A stretch of DNA of 64,000 nt. Source: Harriotta raleighana. Taxonomy: Eukaryota. The stretch lies in NCBI GenBank assembly GCA_050575255.1, contig JBNZDD010013687.1, positions 1,066,373-1,130,372 on the forward strand, given 5' to 3'. The notes under the pieces are model-generated. The model was not told the DNA's origin. It ran no database searches and worked only from the letters and a program-made list of their open reading frames with translations. The stretch's first letter is position 1. Every line of letters begins with the position of its first letter. This document shows positions 26,948-40,248 of this stretch, piece by piece. A program made the position numbers and the translations under genes.

Positions 26948-29900
26948 GGTGATGTACTTTAAATTCCCATTGTGTTTATACATACATATATACTATATAT
27001 ATGTATGTTTATATATATATACACACACACATTGACTGGATCATAGTCTAATGCTGCTTAGGTATTGGCTTTGGGATGATAGCCATTTAACAAATCAAAA
27101 ACAGTAGTTTTCTGCCAAACCAGCTTTAATTTAATGATTGTGTGTTCTCTAATACTGTACCAGCCTGGGTTTTTCTCGGGTAATTGTCGCTCAGTTTGTG
27201 CTGAAAAAATGTGTTTGTGGTTTGGATCCAGAGACAGGATCAAACGTCTTTTGAAGCTTTCTATTTGGAACTTAATAATATATCCCAAACCTCAACATGT
27301 ATGTCCATGAGGCAGCCCTTCCCATTAATTTAATCATTTTAGCACAGGTACACAGGTACTATATTCTTACTTGCTCCATTCATACTTTAACGAAGTACAG
27401 GTACTGTATCTGTTNTGTCCATGAGGCAGCCCTTCCCATTAATTTAATCATTTTAGCACAGGTACTATATTCTTACTTGCTCCATTCATACTTTTACGAA
27501 GTACAGGTACTGTATCTGTTAAAAAAAAATCTGGATAATATCACAAAGTCTCTGGCTTCTGCTTTTCTTTCCTTACCGGGGCATCATTGACACGATTTGC
27601 AGCAGAAAAGTCAAAGTCTAGTTCTATTTCTGGATTACATAAGGAGTTCTCTATCTGAACTATGGCGGGGGGGGAATTCTACAACCTAACACTGCTACAA
27701 GTGGCTGCTAGGTGTTAGAAAGCAATTTGCATCACAAGACAAACCACATTTGTGGTTAGAAACTGAATGATTGAAGGAGGTGGACACACTAAGAAACAAT
27801 TACTCTCTAGGACTTCAGGACGAAAGGATTGTTAGAGGCACAGGTGCTTTTCAGATTTAACTGTTTGAATATCTTTCACTGCATTGATCACAATAGTGCA
27901 GTACAGCCAAATGGAGAATAATATATTTTTTTTAATGGTAGGGTTCGAATGGGGAGATTTGATTAATTCATTGCTCTGCTCTTGGCCTTGAGTTGAAGCC
28001 AAAGAGGATGTATTATCACTCCTCCAAATGAGCTTGATTTTTCTACGTTTTAATGCCAAGCAATGCATCAAAAAAGAATACAATAGAAATGAGTGAAGGG
28101 ATAGAAAGAAATCTAGAAACAATAGAATTTTCTTTCTAATCTTCTCCAAATGCTGTGCACAGTCAGAATTGACTCATGCTACTTTAAAAATATTTATTGA
28201 GGCCACTGCTTACTTATCTGGATAGTGGGGCCAATAGTAATATTTTTACTGCACTCCAACTAAACATCCGTTGATTATTTATAAAATGGGTGAACATTAT
28301 TCCATGTCATCATCTATCCGCCATCTCAAAATGTCAAAATCTAGAAAAGATGAGTACTGTAAACTTTTCTGTACTGGTTTTTCAATTAAAGCAAATCTAA
28401 AATATCACAAATGTATAGATGCACTGAAAATATTCACAAGCTGAAAATAACACAGAAGCCTTTTTGTAAAGAAAAAAGTATCTAAAACTCTTGCTGAATT
28501 CACAAAACAACCTCTGCAGAGCTTTGGAAATACTGATTATGTGAAAAATTACATACATGGTATGTCGACACGCTTTAGTGCTCTGGCAATCGGTATGGAC
28601 TGGCTTCCAGAGGACATGAAGGAGCTTACATCCTGAGACTGTAAAGAGGAATGTTCCTGGTTTCAGACAAATGTAGTAAATAGATTAAGTGGTGAATGAA
28701 CCTGCGACAATTGCACTTCATAAAATGTTCTTTTGAAACTTCATAAAATGCATTTGCTTGAAACTAGAGATTTGGAGCTCTCTCCCATTGGGATCCAGCC
28801 ACTGACACTGCAGATTGCATGATGTAAAACAAGTTAGTGCAAATGCATCCAACCAGTTAAATTGAATTTTTCTACTTTGAAGTTCTGGCTGCAGAGTCCC
28901 TCTCTGGCTTTTCAACCACAGTTTGCTGTACTGTCAGGTGAAATAATTTAAGGGTATTCTATTGATAAATAAATAATCACTCGAGCAACATACACTGTTG
29001 GACACTGCCCTGACAATCCACGAGGTTTTAAAGCTTTTAAAGATGGATTACTCTTGTGACCTTTAGAATATCAGCTCTCCAAGACTTCTGGTCTTCAGCA
29101 ACTTGAAGTCCAATAACCTAGACTTCAACAAGCCCCCAAATCAAATCAAATCAAATTGATCATTCACGTCCTGGCTGTTTGTGCAAATTCATTGCCGCTT
29201 TGGCTTACAAATACACAGTCACTAGACTTTATGAAACATTGAAACATTTGGAGACATCCTTCTGACATGAAATGTACTGTACAAATATGCACCGATCATT
29301 CTCCAGTAAATCCTTCCAAAAGTGGGGCATCCAAAACTAGACACCAAATGAGGTCTGAGCATCCTACCCCATATAAATATATACATAGAAGATTTTTATT
29401 TGAAAACTTCAAAGTAGAAAATTCAATTTAACGTATGTTTGGGTTTGAAAGTTTAGAACTAATTCATTTTAAGCACGATCCACACACATTAAACAAATCT
29501 GGAATATGAAACAATTGTTCTGCGATTTAGAAAACTAGTCCTCCTAATATATGTAGATTATAAATTCTTGAAGAATGTGTTCGAAAATGTATTCCATGGT
29601 TTCCTAAATGTAAAATTCCTGCATCATTTTTTTTTGGGGGGGGGAACCCGTGTGCATGCATACCCAAACGTCACACCAGAGCAAAGTAAGTATTTGTATT
29701 TCAAAGTAAAGGAAATTCGTAAAACATAAGTGACCCTAAAATGTTTTCCACATGTTTGGAATCACACACCTAGGCAACGGCAGCAATTTTATGAATGAAA
29801 ATGGAAATGTTGTAGCTTATATTTCAGCGCTTATAGGACATTATACTGTGTATATTTATAAAATGGTTTTAAATTCATCTTTGCTGCCCTCTACCATATA

Positions 29901-30599
29901 TTAGTGATGGCGCAATATTGTGCTCCAGCTACTCGACTTCATATGGAAAATCATTCAGGTTCAGTTCCTTAAAACATGTTTTTGATTATTATAATACAAG
30001 CTAAAATTTGCTTTTCATTAGGGCTGCTGGAGCGGTTGTGTTTTGTGCAATGTACTACATAGCAAATGGAGGTTTTCAATCCACTCCCACATTCTCAATT
30101 TCCACAAATGCTGGTGGACTAAATTCTGAGTCAAAGTGCCTTTAGTGTTTCAACTCAAATTATCTCAGATGTAAAGCCATGCCCTGAATTATACAGCTTT
30201 CCCCAAGGTAAAGATAAAGGACATAGCGCTGGTGAGATAATGAGGGGGAGATCCAATTGTGGTTTTATATGTGATGGGCAGAAGGTCTGAGAAGCTGAAG
30301 AAAGGGCATATGGTTCAGTTTTGGAGCAAAGGATGAGAAGATTTGTGTTATTTCCAGTATTACAGTATCTAGGAGTCGAATGTGTCGAATTTCAGTATCA
30401 GAAATTAAGTAGATGTTAAATTAATTAGAAGTTAATAAGTGAATGACAAAGATGAAATTTTGCTAATGCTTCACAAAGTACCATAAGTACAAAAGTTCAT
30501 TAAAATAATTGCATTATTTATAATTGCAATAAATCACTCTAATATTTTTACACATTAAAATGTAGTGACTGTTTACAAGAGTACCGAAGAACTTCAGAA

Positions 30600-31080
30600 G
30601 AAGTGTCTTATCTTTCCAGAATATCCATCCACTAACTTCTCAGCACAGCTCTGGCTCAACAACCCTTCCTGGTGGCCTGTTCCAGTCATTAATTACACTC
30701 TGGGTAAAAAATACTTCCTATTGTCTGTCTTAAATTGCTCCTTGCAACCTTAAATCTGTATTCTCTTATTCCGCAACTGAAATAATTGTTCTCAATTTAT
30801 TGTCTCAATTCCATTTAAAATCTTGTCTCCCTCCATTCAACCCTATCTGAGATGTCTCGTTTCAAGAATGAAGAGTTTTACCTTGTCAAATTAATATTCA
30901 TAGCCAATGCTTCTTAATACAGTTGTTACATTGCCTCTAAGGCTTGGGCAGCCGCCTTAACATACAGACCTATATCCAGTATGTTAGATACAGACTAGCT
31001 AGAGCACAAAATTGGTTGAGTATGACTTCTGGGGAATTAGAACTCACCTGATTTGGTAATAAAGGTCACAAACCTGATGC
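30600..31080 (-). mobile_element. Degraded CR1-type LINE 3' fragment
   Basis: Reverse complement resembles the CR1 ORF2 end (ttccagtcatt...actctgggtaaaaaatacttccta; FFTQRV-like region). Confidence 0.5.
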
Positions 31081-31344
31081 TTATTTATTGCTGTTTCACA
31101 CTGTTTTGACAAACTTGAGCAATAAGACAACCAACATTCCTAGATCTCTTCCAGCTTTCCTTTTGGCAAGTTCTGTCCCATCCATGGTTGTACATGTTCC
31201 TTGTTCTTCCTATATTATTTCGCCCTCAAATATTTTGCCCACAAATGTGCAGTTAATTCACTTTACAGTATATTCTGTGAAGCGTTTTGAGATTCGATAA
31301 GATGTGAAAAACGATATCAAATGCAAGGATACAAGCAAATGAAA

Positions 31345-32120
31345 CAGAGAATCTGTGCCAGCAACATCTCACAAACAGCAATGAGGTGATTGATAAATAT
31401 GTGCCTTGAAGTGGTAGGAGTTGGATGAGGTGGAATATTTACCAGATTTTGCATATAAATACTGCAATCACATTTTACAGTAAATCTTATGACTGCTTTG
31501 TGGTGCTTTTCTCATGTGAAACGTTTTATATCTTTTTCTTTTTGCTGACATTGAGAGAATGCCATGATTCTTTCCAAAATAATACATGAAATCATCAACT
31601 CTACATAAACCAGCAAATGGGACATCAGTTTATTGCTTGGCTTCTCCAACAATGCAATGCACCCTCATTATAATAATATATTAATAATCCTTTGATTTGA
31701 TATAACACTTTTCACATCTTCTAGTCATCCAAAAGCGCTTCATAGAGTATACTGTAAAGTAAATTGACAGTATATTTATGGGCAAAACGTGGCAGCCAAT
31801 TGCGCACAGCAGTGTCCCACAAACAGTCGTGGATTGAGTGACCAAAGTGACCCTGGAAAAGCGATCCACAAATTGACTAACAACCAAGTTCCTACTTACT
31901 GCTAGGTAAACAGAGGGTGTGGAGTAAGGAAACTTACCCAACATTTTGCCCTGCTGGGAATCAAACTCAAGTCTCTTGAGTGCTCTAACCACTGAGATAC
32001 AGGACTCCACCATTGCTGCACTGTTGCTAGTTTAGATTGTAACCTCAAGTTCTTGTATGAGTCTCAAACCTGCAGCTTTCTGCTCCAGTGATAAGAACTC
32101 TTACCAAATGAGCCAGACTG
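31345..32120 (-). mobile_element. Old SacSINE1-like Deu SINE interrupted by a younger SINE
   Basis: Flanks resemble the reverse complement of the SacSINE1-type body (tgccatgattc..., ctccaacaatgcaatgcaccctca | ...ctgcactg...tagatt...tcaaacctgcagctttctg). Confidence 0.55.
31676..32010 (-). mobile_element. tRNA-headed Deu SINE (nested insertion)
   Basis: Reverse complement of the family head (tgctctaaccactgag.tacaggactcc), core (gcagccaattgcgcacagcagtgtcccacaaacagtc) and tail. Confidence 0.85.
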
Positions 32121-32432
32121 ACATTTGTAGCTCTTAATTGTAATGTTTCTCATTTTAAAGTACAGGATTCAGCTAAATAGCAGATGTGTATTTTACGTCC
32201 TCCCTAAGTGAAAGGCGCTGTACAAATATAAATTGTACAAATATACAAATATAATGTTGTTGTTGTTATTAAATACAAAAACTGTGTTAAGTAAGAATAA
32301 CCTATGTCAATCTGAGTAACACATCTATGTTAAAACTGTAAATCCTATGTGCTATTAACAGTACTGTGCAGTAGTATTAACATGCCTACGTTTGTATACA
32401 TCTGACAACACTTGCAAGTAGCAAGAGTTGTT

Positions 32433-32452
32433 GTTGCTGCCCCCTAGTGGAT
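32433..32452 (-). promoter_or_regulatory. Candidate CTCF binding site
   Basis: Minus strand ATCCACTAGGGGGCAGCA closely matches the CTCF core CCACYAGRKGGCRS. Confidence 0.6.
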
Positions 32453-33879
32453 TTTAATCGGTAAATTACTTGTAAGGACCAACTTGTTTACTGGTTAGAG
32501 GTAGTTTGGCCTGCAGCAAAGTGATAAATGTCACCATAAAACAGTGTGAGTTATTCAGCTTTGCCAGTGAACGTCATGATGTCTCATCATTTGTATTTAT
32601 CACTTTTGCATTTGTTCAAATGCAAGAAGAAAACAATTTTGTCAGCAGTTTTAGTGCCTTGGCACATCCTTCTGACGTAAAAGTCACTATACAAATGTAA
32701 TTGTGTTGTTGTTTTGTTGTTAGCCTGAGTGGAAAATAATAAAGTAGTACTTTATTTCTAGGGATTTTTAAAATTATGCTTCACTGCTTGGCTTCTACTA
32801 TATTCTTCCCTGCCATGTATAGAAATTAGAAATGTGTATTTATTGTCTGGAACAATAAAATGCTGTTTTAAATACACTTGATATAACACTTTATCAATTC
32901 ATTGAAATGTGTTAAAGAACTTTACAGTATTTATCGCAATGTAGTGACTGTATATATTGCCAGCCAGTGGTTGCCAACCTTTTTGGCCAGTCAACAAAAT
33001 ATAATTTCTTGATTGAATATTTCTTGATTTACAACAAGAACAAAATTACATTTGTGTGGTGCCTTTCACATCGGGAGGACATCCCAAGGCACTGGACAGT
33101 CAGTGTTTTAGACAGTCAGACTCAAGCTTGGGTCGAGATCGGGGAAGGTGGAAGGGAGGTAGGAGTGACTGATGGCACCATCAAAGAGGAGTGTCTTGAG
33201 GCAGGACTTGAAGGAGGTTCAGGAGGGGAGAGGCTACCTGCCGAGTGCAAATGTTTGGCCCACAGACCTTGAGTTAACCAGGCGAATGTGCAGCCAATTT
33301 GCATACATCTATATCCCACAAACATCTAAGTACTGTAAATGACCATTTTTAACTGGAGATTGGCTGGGATACCAGACGAAAGTCTGTACATTTTTACCTT
33401 AGTACATTACCTTTAATACCAGCACCTTGGTACATCCCCCTGATGTGAAAGGAGCTATAACAAATGTATTTTGTCAACAATTTTGTTATTATCCGCCTGA
33501 AGAAAATGTTGGTTTGATATCTTAATCGAAAGGACAGCTGCATCGACCTTGTTTATGTTTTTTCATTGAAAATGTATTTTGTTGTCTGATGAAAAAAGAT
33601 TGGTTACCACTGGCCGAGACTATGAGCTCAAAAGTCTGATCTGAGCTTGAACCCACATTCTGAATCAGTAGCAAAAATTATACCGACCATACCAACCCAT
33701 CATCCGTTTACCAAATATTTTACATCACATGTGACTGGAAAGTAATGGTTTATATATAGCAGCTCATTCTCACTAGATTTAGTTGACAGAATGTCAAAAT
33801 ATGGTATGGAATGCACATACTCAAGTAGTTGGATGTCAACTAATCCAAGTAGTAAAATAAAACCCCCTGGCACCTTGTG

Positions 33880-34255
33880 CCTGGCTGAGTCAGTAGAGCT
33901 GTTGCAATTTAGAAGGTTGTATGCTCAAATTTCTATCTATGACAGGGTTTGGGAACTCGACTAGTTTATGCTGACAATCCAAACCAGTGTTGTGGTGGTG
34001 TTGCATGGTTGGAGACTGCCATACTTTGGATGAGTTATTAAAGAGCCTAAAGTGTCTCGAAAAGAGGAGTTTTTCCTGACGTCCTGGCTCTCACTTGCCC
34101 AGATAAAATTGGTCAGTTTGTATTGGCTGTTTGTGGGACATCATTGTACGCAAACTAACTGAAGCATTCGGCTAGAAGTCACTGCTCAGCAAATCCTATG
34201 AAGAGTTTGCAGATGTGAACTATAGCAAATGCAAGGGTTATTACTGCTATTATTA
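33880..34255 (+). mobile_element. Degraded SacSINE1-like Deu SINE
   Basis: agaaggttgtatgctcaa...gctgacaatcc...ggagactgccatactttggatgagttattaaa...ggagtttttcctgacgtcctggc...gctgtttgtgggac...aaatgcaagg. Confidence 0.6.
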
Positions 34256-36736
34256 AACACTTACAAACAAGGCTTCCAAATTGATAATTCAGTGGATATG
34301 GAATTTAACGTGCATCATATTTGAAGATCCCAGATCATATACTTTGTCAGTTACCTCAACAATCACATTCTCAGGAAAAACAAGTTGGTCTTATTTCAGT
34401 AATCCTAAAAGCTGAGCAGCAAACTGACTTTTTTTCCCTAGAAGTTACAGAACTATGAATTACTGTATTTGATTCCACTGGACCATGCTCATTGGGTTCC
34501 ACTGGATGAACTGTCCTTCCTCTGGCTTAAAGAGCAAAATTCACAACACAAGCTGAAAAGAGTAGAACAAAAAGATCTACTATCTACTAAAGGATCACAT
34601 CTTTGGCTCTAGGGAAAAGGAAGAGATGAGAGTCAACTACTACTATATGTAAATTGCCCGATTAATGGCATGTGGAATTGACTAAATGGAATTGCATATG
34701 CTTGAAGACAAGCACCTGAATAAAATAGCTCTTTTAACAATGATGTGAGTGTAAGATACCAGATGAAAAATGTATTTCAACATCTAATGTTCATTTATAA
34801 AAAGCCAATTTGATAAGCTCACAATTTAGATAATTTACAGGAAAATGAATAACTTCTACACATCTTAAATTACTTATGGAAAAGTACTAAAATTTAAACC
34901 TCTTGGAACAATATGTAGTGCCTTTACTAAACTTGGATTAAGTAGTTAACTTGGCACAAATTTGTTAAAATACTGATAAATAATAAACATATGTCTTAGA
35001 ATTTGAGTACTTGGAAGATTTTCAATAATTTTCCCCTTGCACTTCTGCTAATGCACACGCCAGAAAACATGAAAGTCTCAAGTATGGATTAAGTACAGGT
35101 ACAGTACTCTTTTTTTTGCACCATCCAAAAGTAACTTTTTGGGAAAAACATTAGTTTAAGGGTTGAACTATGTAATTGAATACAGATCTTATGGGGTCCC
35201 TTAAGGAAATTACTTGGAAGTTATGATTAAACATACAACTAGAAAGGTAAATAAATGGTTAGCGAACCAGAAAGCATTACTTAATACATCACATTATAAT
35301 TTCAAATGCAAACGTTCCAAGAACTTACACAACAAAGTCACAGTGCTCTTTATACACTAGTTACAATCTGCTTTGATTTATTATCAACTTAAAAATTCTC
35401 AGCTCTTCAGGAAGATAATGTACCCTGTTCAATACAAAAAAAAAATCAGTTTACGGTTTACTACTGTAAAAGCTTTTTATCTGGTGAGATACAAACAGAA
35501 CAAATGTTTTTCTTCTACCAGTTTCTGGCAATGAGTGTGAAGAAGTTCCTCCTGAACTCCCTATCTATAAGCAACTATCCTATATTTTAAATTCAGACAA
35601 ATCCTCCAATCTAGATACTGTACAATTAGTTGCAAAACTGGGATGTCAATTCCTGGAATAAAATACTATAAGTTTTTTTTAAAATGGATAAACATGTTCT
35701 CAAAAGGAAATTACAAAGATGGCCCTTTGAAGTTGAACACGATAAGTATCAGAACATTAAAACACTGCAACAGAAGAGAATGCAAAATCAGTTTTATTCC
35801 AAGTTTCAAATTCTGCTCAGCTAATATAAACTACTGAGTGCTGTAAACATTTATCCACACTCAAAACAAGTTCAGACTGATTTGTATATTCTCTTGCAGT
35901 TTGCATTCATGCTCTTAAATAAAAGTACAATGATATCACTGGAAATATTACAGTAAATAAAATAAAGCAACCAATGTTTTTTTTAAAAAAGGTAAGACAT
36001 GAAGGTAACTTGTGCATGAACTGTATTTTCCAAAATGACAAAGCAACATTACCAGTTTCAGTATTGCAACTTGAACCATAAATTCAGCACTGATATCCCT
36101 GCTTATTTAAAATTCTACATTAAAATACAGTGTATCTTGTTTAAGAACATAGGTTACAACAAAACAGTAGAAATCTGCTAGCCAAGACCGGAGGTGAAAA
36201 GATTTCTTAGTATCTGCTGCAAAAAATGTTTTCGTAGATTTGAGCAAGGCAGGAAAATCTAGTGTATGCTTGCTATGGTTTCAGACCTGATCAACGAGAA
36301 ATGTTTTACAATGATTTATTATTTTGAAAGTGCCAGAGGCTCCAAAGAAGTTTAAATTTTCCAGCAAATGTTAGTTCACATCAGTGAAACTTTTGTGGAA
36401 CTAGCTTGATATTTATTAAATGGTTATATTGATCGTAGAAGCTAGCTAAAAAATGTAAAATAGCTGCTATTAATTAACTAAAAGGATTGAAAACAGGACA
36501 ATGGATGCAGCTCAGATATTCATCTGGAAAATACATACATGTAGGAAATACCCAAAAGTACAAAAACACTTATTACAATAACAGAAAACAATTTCAATTG
36601 CTATAAAAATTCCAGCATCTCAAGTAATTGTAACCTGATAAATTACATGTTGAAGCTAATATTAGGATCCCAACTTGTGCAATTAAATGCATCAACAGCA
36701 GCAATGCAGAAGGGCCAGAGAATACATTTCACACAT

Positions 36737-38394
36737 TTACAGATTTATTGACTCTTTCGCTGCTAAAAGCTTAGCTGATATAGGGTATTTTGGTGAACCT
36801 CTGTAACGGATTTTTTCTTTTGCCAAGATTCTGTTCAGCAAGGAATGAGACGAGGGTTTTTCTGGAGTTTTACACAGTGTTTTCTCAGCAATTACATCTT
36901 GCTTTAGAGACACTTTCCGGTTTGTCAAATCTTCAAAAACCGAATGTTTGGTGCTCTGCTGGCAGCTCATAATGGTAGCAGAACATTCTGCCTCTTTTCC
37001 TGATTTAGTTTGGCAAAAACCTTCAATAAACAAACTACTTTTGTGCACGTTTCTTTCTTCATTTGGCTTTACACTTTTCTTTATTGTGTTTGCAACTGAA
37101 TCCGAGAAATGTTTTAAGCATGGTTCCGTGCAAGATGAGAAAAGACTTGCCTGGCTTACTGATTTTACTATTGCAGAGTCAGCAGCAACATGTTGACATG
37201 ATCTGGTTGTGTTTGTTGTTGATTTAACAGACAATGAATTCATCCTTTTAACAGACTGACGAACTGAAGTGCGCATAAAAGTTAACGGTGTTTTAACAAA
37301 TTTGTATTTTGGTGCCTGATCATTTAATGAAAGCGTATTAAACCGTTGAATGTGCTCAACCACTTTTAATTGTTGGGTATATTCAGTCTCTCCATCAGGA
37401 TTTGGCAAAATCTTTCCTGAAGGAATATTCAATTTAGATGTAATTGAAGGGGATTCTAAACCCACATACAGTGAACTTACATCAGTTTTCTGCTTTAACA
37501 TAGGTTCCAATTGATGAGGCAAGAGTTGGAACGGTTGCATTTCAAGGGTACAATTAACATTTGTATCTAGAGATTTTGGTGGAGTTAGATGCTCTACAAG
37601 AGTGCTGGCATTTTCATTTTGTTCAGACCTTGATGACTCCTGATTAGTTTTACACACAGCAGTTGGATCATTTGTATTGTTTAATAAAGGCATCATGTCA
37701 CACTCCAAAGGTGTTGTTTGCTTTTCCTTTAAATTTGCCTCAACCTCAGCTGGAGGTGGAAAGTCTAGTTCTTTTTCTTGCAGCACTTTGATATACTGCT
37801 GGTCCAGATTGATACATGTTTGGTTATTTATACCATGTGTTTTGCTTACATCTGCTGCGCACTGATATAGTTTGGCTTCTTGAAGCTTTACTTCAGTTAC
37901 TGGTTTTGATGAAAATTCAGAGCAAGGCCATTTCCGGTCAGACAAATCTTCAAATGACTTAGCAGATTTCAGAGGAGTGAAACTCTGGCTCTCCAAGAAT
38001 AATAGTTTGTCTTTGGGTAAATCGTCCACAATAGGTCTACTGTCTTCAATCAGAGAACAAAGATTACTCCCTGATTCTGAAAATGCCTTCTTAATTTTCA
38101 ACACAGTCTCTCCTGCCACAATGTTCCCATCCTCATCTAGATAGTCTTTGCTCTTGGCTAAGCTTTGGCTACTCAATTCCTCCGATATAGTTGGTGGCTT
38201 TCCAGTGACTAGGACAGGTTCTGATTGATAACTTCTGGAATTTAGATACCCCCCTAAAGGTGTTCCCATATAAACATGATCACAAAATATATTAGACCCT
38301 ATAGGACTGACACCATTCCAAGACATTCGATGTGTATCCTTATCAACTGTCGGAGTACGAAGGTTTTCTTCTGATTTACTAACGTGCTTTGAAC
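36737..38394 (-). CDS. ARHGAP11A: ARHGAP11A last coding exon (13)
   Basis: Acceptor tttcag|GT. Starts SKHVSKSEENLRTP...RMSW and contains VVEHIQRFNTLSLN, KTPLTFMRTSVRQSVKRMNSL and YRGSPKYPI, motifs conserved in ARHGAP11A. Stop TAA at 36737-36739. Confidence 0.93.
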
Positions 38395-38829
38395 CTGAAA
38401 AGAAAGAAGTAAATAGAAACAAATTCCAAATTAAAAGCATTCAAAGTTTACGATGTTAGCAGGCTTTTGGAATGTTCCCAACACAAACCATTCACTTTAC
38501 AGTATATTCTGTGAAGCACTTTGAGACATCGATAAGATGTGAAAAGCGATGTATCAAATGCAAGGATTATTATTTCAAACTGATAAAATTATTTTAAAAT
38601 TCCATTTTTTAATTTGGATTGAATATATACAGAGTAGAATAATGCAACATTAAGTAGTCTTCAGAACTCAATTTTAAAGTGCGGTATGTTAGAAAAATAT
38701 AGGGTGGTGTTAGTTTCAGCCCATATCTGCAGATGGAATTGAAGAAGAAACACAACAGCATTTTTTAATGAATTTAACTAGTGCTTGCACATGGTTAAGA
38801 ACAAAAGTAAAATCTTAATTAACACATAC

Positions 38830-38977
38830 ACTTTGTGTTTTTGTGCCCTGCAGCTGGACTGAATGCAAGATCTTCCACTGGGAACCGAATGGAATCATCC
38901 GTCTCGTGCTGATTAGCAAGTCGCATGCCAATATTTTCTGATCTTTTTGGAGCTGAACATCCAGAAGAGGACATATT
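38830..38977 (-). CDS. ARHGAP11A: ARHGAP11A exon 12
   Basis: ctacag|...NMSSSGCSAPKRSENIGMRLANQH...LAFSP...|gtatgt. RLANQ motif; phases 0/1 consistent. Confidence 0.88.
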
Positions 38978-39272
38978 CTGTAGATAAACATTAAGCCAAC
39001 TTTGGTTGAAAATATTGGGTTGGTAGCGCAGATTAACCCTCCCTCGTTACTTCAGTTAAGGGTGGTTAGTAATAATTAGTATTGTCATAACTTCACAGAT
39101 CGCCAATTAAGAGCTGTTCATCTTTTTTGCGAGCTTTTAAAGTAACAACTTTTTTTTTAATGTGCTTGGTACATATAGGACAGCCTGCTAGTCAACTTGA
39201 ATAACAGCTTATGATGTCTCAAACCTCCCTTGCGAAAAGCGCTATACAAATGTACTTTGTATTGTAACTTAC

Positions 39273-39378
39273 TGTATCTCTTATTTTTCCAAGACCAAAC
39301 CTTAAACGTAATGACTTGCGTACAATTTCTTTTCGACTCACTCTGGGAGAAAAGCATCCAGTTTTTCCAGACTCTATC
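39273..39378 (-). CDS. ARHGAP11A: ARHGAP11A exon 11
   Basis: (R)[35 protein letters not shown] with tgtag/gtaagt boundaries. Confidence 0.93.
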
Positions 39379-39888
39379 CTACAAGACAAATAAATGACAA
39401 ATGTTAGTGCAAATTTCTCAAAATGTTTCATTTAGAAGGAATGATATCTAGATTTCACAGGTAATTTTCATTTATGTTTGGGTAACAAAATAATTTTTTA
39501 TGATTGAATAACTGATGCCATAAATCAATCACATAAAAGCTGAAAACGCTACCGAATGAACATTTATTTATTCAGTATTCTGTAGGATCACTAAAGTGAG
39601 TGGAATGTAAAGGGAGAATGAGACAGTTTCTATGGTAAATCTTGGTATAGCCATCCTTCGTCTTATGTTTATCACAAAGTAACATGGATGATATTGTAAA
39701 TGGTAAACAATATAGATACTCCAGGAAAATGTAAGCAATTTGAGACAGTCAACAAATTCACATTAAAACTATATAGCATACAGGGCATTCTTTATAAAAT
39801 GTATATGTGGTAAAAACGTGGAGAGTGAGAGGGAAATACAATCATTTCATAAATCCATTTGCCAAACCATCAGGAACTGGAAGAGTAC

Positions 39889-40051
39889 CTCTCAATCTTT
39901 TTGTTTTCTAATCTTTTGCTTTTCCGCCTCTTTCCTGATGGTGAAGCAGTTGCCTGAAACTGAATGCTTCCAGCAGACAGGAACAGAGAACCTTGCAGAG
40001 ATTCCAAAGCCACTTGAGGGCTCATTTCAGTAAATTGTGTCTTACATGTAA
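39889..40051 (-). CDS. ARHGAP11A: ARHGAP11A exon 10
   Basis: ttcag|...SPQVALESLQGSL...KRRKSKRLENKKIE(R)|gtactc; phases 1/2 consistent. Confidence 0.85.
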
Positions 40052-40147
40052 CTGAACAAAATTAAAAAAAATTAGGCTTCTGAAGACCCAAATTTAAAAC
40101 CAAACACTAGTTTCTTTAATCAAATACTTAAAAGGTTCCATTCATAC

Positions 40148-40248
40148 CACCATCCTTCTTGACCCCATCTGATGAAGGTGTAGAACTCTGACTAAGAAAG
40201 CTGCCGCTGGGTAACAGTTCTAAACCCAGGTTCTGTCTTAGAGATCCC
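40148..40248 (-). CDS. ARHGAP11A: ARHGAP11A exon 9
   Basis: cacag|(R)GSLRQNLGLELLPSGSFLSQSSTPSSDGVKKDG|gtatga, similar to human KSIKHNFNFELLPSNLFNSSSTP. Confidence 0.85.

Noticed and set aside
27302-27520. Tandem duplication of about 110 bp
   Set aside because: The junction is at n 27415; likely two haplotypes or overlapping contig ends.
28718-28915. ORF with faint similarity to SCG5 (SRKIQF vs SREFQL)
   Set aside because: The similarity is too weak, there are no fitting splice sites, and the segment is part of an inverted repeat.
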